From assembly GCA_964545075.1 (NCBI GenBank), contig CAZJFS010000001.1, positions 33,890 through 97,889 on the forward strand: a DNA stretch of 64,000 nt, in the 5' to 3' direction. This DNA is from an uncultured bacterium. Lineage in GTDB: Bacteria > Muiribacteriota > UBA9980. Of this stretch, positions 57,543-64,000 are shown in pieces. Position 1 is the first letter of the stretch. The number at the start of each line of letters is the position of its first letter. The notes beneath the pieces were generated by a model. That model saw only the letters and a list, made by a program, of their open reading frames with translations, had not been told where the DNA came from and did no database searches. Made by a program: the position numbers and the translations under genes.

Positions 57543-58994
57543 GTGGTAAATAACAGCGAATCTGACGGCGGAACCGGAAAAAAGACCGGACCGTCTTCAG
57601 TTTATATTATATTCGTCCTCGCGCTGGGCGTTTTCATGGTCAATCTCGACGCCAGCATAGTCAATATAGTTCTGCCCACGCTGGCCAAATTATTCAGCGT
57701 AGACATGTACGTAGTGTCGCGCGTGGTGCTTTCATATCTGCTTTCATTCAGCGGTTTTCTGCTGATATTCGGCCGGTTGAGCGACATTCACGGCGCCAAT
57801 AAAATATTTGGATACGGTTTTCTCGTCTTCACATTGTCATCGGTATTATGCGCGACATCGCGGACTTTTGTAATGCTTGAAATTTCAAGATTCATGCAGG
57901 GAATAGGGGCGGCCATGCTGGCCTCGACATATTCGGCTCTTGTAATAAAGCTTCTGCCGCCTGAAATAAGAGGACGGGCGTTCGGCTTCATCACCGTCGC
58001 CGGAGGAGCCGGTTTCGCCATGGGCGCGCCCGTCGGAGGCTATCTCACCCATTATTTCAACTGGCGCTGGATATTTTGGATGAACGTCCCTATCGGCATA
58101 TTTTCACTTATCTCGTCGTGGAAACTGATAAAGGAAAGATCTGAAGGCAATATAACAACCGGAGCTTTTGATAGGACCGGAGCTTTTTTAAGTTTCGGAG
58201 GGCTCGTCCTGATCACTTATCTTTTAAATTCAGCAAAAAATTATCCGCCGACATCTATCATACCGTGGGCCGGAATCGCCGTTTTCATAGCGGTTTTCGC
58301 GTATTTTTTAAGAGTCGAAAAACGCCACCCTGAACCGCTGCTCGATCTTTCATTGTTTTCGAACAGAAATTTCAATTTTTCTTTCATCGCAAATTTTTTC
58401 GTTGTAATGACGCTGGACGGAATGAATTTTCTGTTTCCATTTTTTTTCGAACTCGGACGCGGCATGAAGCCCGATAAAATAGGAATGCTGCTGATGCTGT
58501 TTCCTCTGATTTCAATGTTTGTAAGCCCGGTGGCCGGATATTTCGCCGATCGAAAAGGCCCGAGGGCGGTCTGCGTTTTTTCTACGGTCATGCTGGCTTT
58601 ATCGGTCGCAATGCTCTGCTTCATAGATCTGACCACTTCGATCTATTACATAATAATCACTCTTATAATATTCGGGTGCTCGCTCGCCATGTTCTTCACC
58701 GCGAACACGAGCCTTATGATGTGCCACGCCCCGGCCGGCCGCGAAGGCATCACTTCGGCCATGGTTTCTTTTAACGCCAATCTTGGAACGCTTTTAGGCG
58801 TTTGTTTTTTTGAAAGTATTTTTTCATACGGGCTTCCGGCGGGCATAGTTTCAAACCAGCTCATGGAAGGCGCTTCAAGGATGATAGCCACCGGCTTTAA
58901 CCACGGCGCCATTTTCGCGCTGATAATAAGCCTGATGGCCGCCAGATCGTCTTTCATAGCGCGTGAAAAAAAGACCGGCGCCATTTCCGCATGA
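57543..58994 (+). CDS. MFS transporter, DHA2 (EmrB/QacA, 14-TMS) drug-efflux family
   Basis: 483 aa with ~14 hydrophobic segments. N-terminal MFS motifs (LGVFMVNLDASIVNIVLP, GRLSDIHG). Immediately downstream of the NRPS, consistent with export of the product. Confidence 0.75.
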   Translation: MVNNSESDGGTGKKTGPSSVYIIFVLALGVFMVNLDASIVNIVLPTLAKLFSVDMYVVSRVVLSYLLSFSGFLLIFGRLSDIHGANKIFGYGFLVFTLSSVLCATSRTFVMLEISRFMQGIGAAMLASTYSALVIKLLPPEIRGRAFGFITVAGGAGFAMGAPVGGYLTHYFNWRWIFWMNVPIGIFSLISSWKLIKERSEGNITTGAFDRTGAFLSFGGLVLITYLLNSAKNYPPTSIIPWAGIAVFIAVFAYFLRVEKRHPEPLLDLSLFSNRNFNFSFIANFFVVMTLDGMNFLFPFFFELGRGMKPDKIGMLLMLFPLISMFVSPVAGYFADRKGPRAVCVFSTVMLALSVAMLCFIDLTTSIYYIIITLIIFGCSLAMFFTANTSLMMCHAPAGREGITSAMVSFNANLGTLLGVCFFESIFSYGLPAGIVSNQLMEGASRMIATGFNHGAIFALIISLMAARSSFIAREKKTGAISA

Positions 58995-59003
58995 TAAAAA
59001 AGT

Positions 59004-59921
59004 TTAGCGCTCTATAGCGTCGAGTATCCGCTTCCCGCCGCCGTCTAAAAGCTCGTTGGCCAGTTCAAAACCCACTATGACGTTTTTAATGCCAACGCGG
59101 GTCCCTTCAACCTTCGTTTTACCTTCAGGATCGAATATGGCCCCGGTCATGTGAAAACGTCCGTCGGACAATTGTTCGCAATAAACCCCTACGGGCATCT
59201 GACATCCGCCGTTAAGCCGGGCCAGAAAAGTTCTTTCAGCCTCAACCTCTAAAAAACTCCTGACATCGTTAAGGCATTTGACGAGAGCGTCGATATTTTT
59301 GTCTCCACGCCTGCTTTCAATAGCCAGAGCGCCCTGGCCGCAGCATGGAACTATGATTCTGTCGTCTAATATCTGAGAAATTCTCTCTCCCCAGCCCATT
59401 CTTTTCACGGAAGCGCACGCGAGAACTATCGCGTCATACTGCCCTTCATCGAGTTTTTTCAATCGCGTGTTGACGTTGCCGCGAAGCTCGACTATTTTCA
59501 AGTCAGGGCGCTGATATAGCAACTGCGCCTTTCTTCTCATGCTTGAAGTGCCTATGCTGGCGCCTTTCGCCAGATCGACAAGCCTTTTCTTATCCCGGGT
59601 TATCAGAGCGTCGAAAGGATCTTCCCTCTTCATTACCGCGCTGATATAAAGTTTCCTGGTCATTTCCACGGGCATATCTTTAGCGCTGTGGACGGCCAGA
59701 TCCGCCCTTCCTTCAATAACCGCGTTTTCGATATCTTTTACGAAAAGCCCCTTGCCGCCTATTTTAGCGAGCGAAGAATCAAGCATTTTGTCGCCTTCGG
59801 TAACTATTTCAAGAAATTCATAATCGTTGCCGGGATGATTTTTTTTCAAAATTTCACGAACATGCTCAGCCTGCCATATCGCGAGCGGGCTTTTTCTCGT
59901 TGCTATTATAATTTTCGACAT
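59004..59921 (-). CDS. hemC: Hydroxymethylbilane synthase (porphobilinogen deaminase)
   Basis: IIIATRKSPLAIWQAEHV...GGKGLFVKDIENAVIEGRADLAVHSAKDMP matches HemC closely. Confidence 0.9.
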   Translation of the reverse strand: MSKIIIATRKSPLAIWQAEHVREILKKNHPGNDYEFLEIVTEGDKMLDSSLAKIGGKGLFVKDIENAVIEGRADLAVHSAKDMPVEMTRKLYISAVMKREDPFDALITRDKKRLVDLAKGASIGTSSMRRKAQLLYQRPDLKIVELRGNVNTRLKKLDEGQYDAIVLACASVKRMGWGERISQILDDRIIVPCCGQGALAIESRRGDKNIDALVKCLNDVRSFLEVEAERTFLARLNGGCQMPVGVYCEQLSDGRFHMTGAIFDPEGKTKVEGTRVGIKNVIVGFELANELLDGGGKRILDAIER

Positions 59922-60418
59922 TTGGACTCCTTGATAGATGATTTAAGTGAACGCGCCGGAACTTTCTCGATGGAAAGCAGTTTTTCCTTCACGTCCGTTC
60001 CGCAGCCGAACCCGCCTATGGAACCGTCGGCCGCTATGATCCTATGGCACGGCAGGATCAAGGGAAGCGGATTTTTATTCAGGGCATTTCCGACCGCCCT
60101 GGCCGCCCCAGGAGCGCCTATTTCCCCCGCCAGCCATTTATACGATCTTACCTCGCCGTAAGGTATCTTTAAAAGCGCCAGCCATACTTTCTTTTGAAAA
60201 TCGGTACCTTTTAAAAATTTAATTTTCTGCCCGAACTTTTTTAATTTTCCTGAAAAATACGCCAGAAGTTCATTCTGAAAAGCGAACTCATCATCTTCTT
60301 TTTCTATTTCCCGTTTTTTTATTTCAGGCAATATGGTTAATTCAACAAGAAAAGCGCCGTCAAACGAACACACTATCTCGCCGATCGGACTCGCAAGCGA
60401 ATATTTTTTAATTTTCAT
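59906..60418 (-). CDS. ogt: Methylated-DNA--protein-cysteine methyltransferase (Ogt/Ada-C family)
   Basis: Active-site LPCHRIIAADGSIGGF (PCHRV motif). YGEVRSYKWLAGEIG helix-turn-helix region. Overlaps the hemC start by 16 nt. Confidence 0.85.
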   Translation of the reverse strand: MKIKKYSLASPIGEIVCSFDGAFLVELTILPEIKKREIEKEDDEFAFQNELLAYFSGKLKKFGQKIKFLKGTDFQKKVWLALLKIPYGEVRSYKWLAGEIGAPGAARAVGNALNKNPLPLILPCHRIIAADGSIGGFGCGTDVKEKLLSIEKVPARSLKSSIKESKCRKL

Positions 60419-60796
60419 GGATCACGCTCTCCCCAAAAATTTATACATGGCAGCTTTATTAACCTTTATCATGCTTATTTTATCATTAATATTTTTTTTA
60501 TGCAATTGTTTTACGGATCAATTATTTACGGTAAAAATTTGATTATTTATAAAATTTATTGTATAATATTTTCACTAATTGACAAAATAAATGAAGTGGC
60601 TGAAAAAGGCCACTCGAAGAAAACCCGACCGCATGGACGAACCCTGAAAAACGGTTTCGAATATGATGGTCACGTTTTTGATTTCCGCCAATTCTTTATT
60701 GAGCGGTATCAATAACGGCATTGTTTTCAGGCCGGCGGAACAGGGGCCGCCGCTCGTGTACATTCTTCTTCTAAAGCACTGATTAATTTATATTCC

Positions 60797-61459
60797 GTGC
60801 TTATAAAAATAAAAAAAGAATGGAGAAAAGGTATGAAGAACGGTTTAATCATTGAAGGAATCAGCGGCGCGGGAAAATCGAAGGTCATTTCAGAAATAAA
60901 AAAATTAATGGCTGGCCGCACCAGTAAAAAGTTAGAAGTTATTTATGAAGCCAGAACCTATGGCGAACTTATGGACGAGCTTAAAGACGCTTCGCGGACG
61001 GACAGGGAACGCTGCGAAAGGCTCGAAAACGTCTGCGACCTGATCGCGTGCGAAACCGGAAAATTTTTCATCGTCGAAAGATTTCATCCATCATATTACG
61101 CGATAATGCCCGACAGGTCGCTTTATGAAAAAATAGACCGTAAAATGGGGGCCATGGGCTTTAAACTGGTCCTGCTTTCTTACCGGGATGAAAATTTACG
61201 CGAAAGAGCCATGAACCATACGGACGGCGGCCCGAAACTTCCGCAAAAGATCGAAGAATATTTCGGCAGCGCCGAAGCGGCCATGAATAAATATACCGAT
61301 TCGAAAGCCAGGCGCGAAGAATATCTAAAATTCACCAGCATGGACCACATGGTCATCATGACGGATGAAATGAACTGGACCGAATATGCCATTCGCGCGC
61401 TCGAATTCGCGGGAATTGAGATAGATCGCCATGCGGTCGCAAAATCGGCGTCAAATTAA
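60797..61459 (+). CDS. P-loop NTPase / kinase-like hypothetical protein
   Basis: Walker A GISGAGKSKV. No further assignment. The true start may be the internal Met (MKNGLIIEG...). Confidence 0.35.
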   Translation: MLIKIKKEWRKGMKNGLIIEGISGAGKSKVISEIKKLMAGRTSKKLEVIYEARTYGELMDELKDASRTDRERCERLENVCDLIACETGKFFIVERFHPSYYAIMPDRSLYEKIDRKMGAMGFKLVLLSYRDENLRERAMNHTDGGPKLPQKIEEYFGSAEAAMNKYTDSKARREEYLKFTSMDHMVIMTDEMNWTEYAIRALEFAGIEIDRHAVAKSASN

Positions 61460-61515
61460 CAAATAATAGCCCTTTGAAGATTTACTCTAATGTTGTTTTA
61501 TCCCTTAAATAATTA

Positions 61516-61558
61516 AAAAGATCACGGCAGGCTTTTTTACGGCGCCGTGATCTTTTTT
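61516..61558. terminator. Bidirectional rho-independent terminator between convergent genes
   Basis: Perfect 13-bp inverted repeat AAAAGATCACGGC / GCCGTGATCTTTT around a GC-containing loop, with U-runs on both strands. Lies between the convergent 60797..61459 (+) and 61676..62674 (-) genes. Confidence 0.6.
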
Positions 61559-61675
61559 ACTTAACGCATTATTTTATTTCACGTTTTTACGAACTTACCC
61601 TTTGATTCATTTCCTTTTAAAGCATCAGCCATTTATTGTCAAATTCATTTATTCCGGCTGTATTTTAAAATGTTA

Positions 61676-62674
61676 TTACTCATAATTCTTAATGAGAACC
61701 TGCGCCCCGGCCGCCTCTCCGCCGTCGGCGACCTGCGTGCCGCCGCTTTCAAAAAATATTTGGTTTTTGTTGTTTTTAGCGCCGGTGAGATTTATAAAGT
61801 GAGTTCCGGGAATTATTAAACCTTTTGATGGATCAGCGCTCGTAAAACCCGCGGCGAATTTTATTATTATTTCCTTCGAGTCGCTGCCCCATGTTATCAT
61901 GGGAAGAGGGCTTATGGCCGGATCTCCGGCGTCGGACTGCGACCATTTCATCTGCGCCCCGGCGGAAGCCGCGGTGAGGTCGGCCGGAAGGTCAGTTCCA
62001 AGAGGAACGGCGGAATTGCTCGCGCTGGTGTAATATCTGAACGTGGAAGATGCGGCCTGCGCGTCCGATGTCGTCGAAGCGGCGGAAACTGAGGCTGCGG
62101 AACCAAGATTAACGGAGGCCGGCACCGAAACTTCCTTGTTGAAGTATAAATGAAGCACGTCGAAGCATTTGTTTAATTCGGCGGGGTCCTGAAAGTTTCC
62201 GGCCTTGGGATTGACCTCGAGTTTAGCGTTGACGAGCGTGAGGGCGCCAATATACGCTACGAATATGTCATCCTTGTTTGATGGGCTGCCCGACCCTCCG
62301 CCATCCGTATGTTTGCCGTCCGGGCCTTTCGAATAAACTATTCCCTTTCTGTATTCCTGCTCGTATCTGTTTCCCCACGGATCTCTAAGCGTTTCCCACG
62401 TGGATATATACTTTCCCTTGAGCTCTTTCATATATTTATCCTGAACGGTCGTGCCTTCAAGCGAGTTGAACTTCTGGATGGCTTCCACAAGTATATCGCA
62501 ATCCTGTTTAGACTTCGTTTTTTTCGCTCCATCGGCCACGTCAAGAAATTGTGGAAGAGCGACCGCGACAAGTATTCCTATGATCGCTATTACTATCATA
62601 AGTTCGATCAATGAAAACCCCTTAGTGTTCTTTGAATTAACGATATTCATCATAAAAACTCCTCCTCGTTTCAT
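61676..62674 (-). CDS. Type IV pilin / pseudopilin-like protein with a large C-terminal domain
   Basis: Prepilin N-terminal cleavage/methylation motif KG|FSLIELMIVIAIIGILVAVALPQF. 332 aa, with a Ser/Ala/Thr-rich C-terminal half. Confidence 0.75.
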   Translation of the reverse strand: MKRGGVFMMNIVNSKNTKGFSLIELMIVIAIIGILVAVALPQFLDVADGAKKTKSKQDCDILVEAIQKFNSLEGTTVQDKYMKELKGKYISTWETLRDPWGNRYEQEYRKGIVYSKGPDGKHTDGGGSGSPSNKDDIFVAYIGALTLVNAKLEVNPKAGNFQDPAELNKCFDVLHLYFNKEVSVPASVNLGSAASVSAASTTSDAQAASSTFRYYTSASNSAVPLGTDLPADLTAASAGAQMKWSQSDAGDPAISPLPMITWGSDSKEIIIKFAAGFTSADPSKGLIIPGTHFINLTGAKNNKNQIFFESGGTQVADGGEAAGAQVLIKNYE

Positions 62675-63017
62675 TTTTTATTTTATTTCATTTTTTTGTT
62701 TTTGTTTTCCACGCCATCTGTTAATGCATAGCCCGTGCCAACCGTATCATAAATCATATTTTCTTCTGTTTTCAAGCTTTTTGACGAATAAGAGCAGGAA
62801 AAAAAGAAGAACGGCCAGCCCCATAAAAACAACATTGTGCAAATTGCAACATTTTCCCGCAACAATAGAACTTTGCCGCGCATCAACGGAATATCCGCCG
62901 CAATTTGGCTAAAAAACGTCAAGCTTAAGTTGAAACATCCCCGTCAGACACAAAAAAATTGACTTAAAGGCTTCCATTATGATAAAATATGCGTAAAAAC
63001 TTCAACCAAAAATTATT

Positions 63018-63365
63018 TTGAGGTGGTATAAAATGGGAAAAATGCCAATGATGGGCGGTCAGATGAATAATCTTGTCAGACAGGCGCAGTCCATGCAGAA
63101 TAAAATATCGAAAATGCAGGAAGAACTGGCTACTTACGAAGTCAGCGGAACCTCCGGCGGCGGAATGGTAACGGCGAAGGTCAACGGAAAACAGGAACTT
63201 CTCTCGCTCAAGATCGAAAAGGAAGTCGTAAACCCCGACGATATCGAAATGCTCCAGGACCTTATCATGGCGGCGGTAAAAGAAGCCATAAAAAAATCAT
63301 CGGAGCACTCTCAGAACGAACTTAACAAGATCACGGGCGGCCTTTCAATACCCGGCCTTTTCTAA
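63018..63365 (+). CDS. ybaB: Nucleoid-associated protein YbaB/EbfC
   Basis: MMGGQMNNLVRQAQSMQNKISKMQEELA...VSGTSGGGMVTAKVNGKQELLSLKI matches the YbaB family. SD GAGGTGG. Start may be the internal Met. Confidence 0.85.
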   Translation: MRWYKMGKMPMMGGQMNNLVRQAQSMQNKISKMQEELATYEVSGTSGGGMVTAKVNGKQELLSLKIEKEVVNPDDIEMLQDLIMAAVKEAIKKSSEHSQNELNKITGGLSIPGLF

Positions 63366-63386
63366 GATAAGGAATTAAACATATAA

Positions 63387-63983
63387 ATGGCTCTTACACC
63401 AAGCCTTGACAGGCTTACCCACGAGCTCGAAAAACTGCCCGGCGTCGGGCCCAAATCAGCGCAGCGCCTGGCCCTTTTCATTTTCAAAAAAGGAAGTGAA
63501 TTCGGCTCGGCGCTCAGTTTTTCTATCGAAGAGGTCATCAAAAACGTCAGGTTCTGCGAGAACTGCTTCGGGATATGCGAATCCGAGATATGCGACATCT
63601 GCTCCAACGATATGCGCGATCGCTCGAGGATATGCGTCGTCGAAAAGCCGACCGATATTCCATACATTGAAAACACGGGCCAGTATAACGGCGTTTATCA
63701 TGTTTTAAACGGCCTTATATCGCCGATGGATTTCATGACCTCCGACAAGCTCAAGATAAAACAGTTGATAGCGAAGATAAACGCGCCCGAGCCGCTTGTA
63801 AAGGAAATATTTTTCGCGCTTCCTCCGAAAGTGGAGGGCGACGCCACCATGGCCTTCATAAAAAAACAGATAACGCGCGGCGAAATAAAAATAACGCGCC
63901 TGGCGCAGGGGATACCGACGGGCTGCGAGATAGAGCACCTCGATTCTATGACGCTCGCCAGGGCTCTTTGCAACCGTAACTGA
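63387..63983 (+). CDS. recR: Recombination protein RecR
   Basis: Helix-hairpin-helix LPGVGPKSAQRLALFI. C4 zinc finger CENCFGICESEICDICSN. Toprim region. Conserved ybaB-recR gene pair. Confidence 0.9.
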   Translation: MALTPSLDRLTHELEKLPGVGPKSAQRLALFIFKKGSEFGSALSFSIEEVIKNVRFCENCFGICESEICDICSNDMRDRSRICVVEKPTDIPYIENTGQYNGVYHVLNGLISPMDFMTSDKLKIKQLIAKINAPEPLVKEIFFALPPKVEGDATMAFIKKQITRGEIKITRLAQGIPTGCEIEHLDSMTLARALCNRN

Positions 63984-64000
63984 TAGTTATGCGCAATATG

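Noticed and set aside
1-64000. Searched for CRISPR arrays, tRNA/rRNA genes, IS elements and integrases
   Set aside because: No regularly spaced direct repeats, no cloverleaf-like conserved tRNA stretches (GTTCGAATC-type T-arms) and no transposase/integrase/recombinase ORFs were recognised. The accessory regions appear to be biosynthetic rather than mobile.

Overview
This is a low-GC (~45%), standard-code bacterial chromosomal window with dense coding on both strands. Housekeeping genes (trmFO, ackA, hemC, ogt, ybaB-recR, GH57 glucan enzyme, dihydropyrimidinase) are interspersed with three accessory gene sets. (1) The headline locus at ~41.6-59.0 kb is a RiPP cluster with a nitrile-hydratase-like leader peptide (NHLP, proteusin/TOMM type). 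It contains a 102-aa precursor (leader ends ...ELSDDQLDKVAGG, core GTWGTIGSACIATAGTAYCHG), two paralogous fused E1-like/YcaO cyclodehydratases, a ThcOx/SagB-type FMN dehydrogenase and a B12-binding radical SAM enzyme. It is directly contiguous with a 2633-aa bimodular NRPS (C-A-T-C-A-T-R) that carries an unusual C-terminal cyclic-nucleotide-binding-like domain, followed by an MFS exporter. No leader peptidase or ABC transporter lies in the cluster. (2) An eight-gene minus-strand operon (8.6-17.1 kb) reads oleA-oleB-oleC-oleD (head-to-head olefin / beta-lactone lipid pathway), then a hotdog thioesterase, a FabF-like KAS, an ACP and a CrtI-like FAD oxidoreductase. (3) Signalling oddities: a MEDS-PAS hybrid histidine kinase co-operonic with a membrane-anchored C39-like peptidase; a PAS-adenylate cyclase next to two tandem paralogous response regulators with inverted architecture (N-terminal DUF3391-like domain, C-terminal REC). 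Other features include a large partial surface lipoprotein at the window start, tandem paralogous secreted proteins, Sel1/ankyrin repeat proteins, a lysine/alanine-rich DUF4912 protein beside GH57, and a secreted protein with a DxDDTA-like motif. No rRNA, tRNA or CRISPR array was recognised. All calls are from reading the translation for motifs; no database searches were run.
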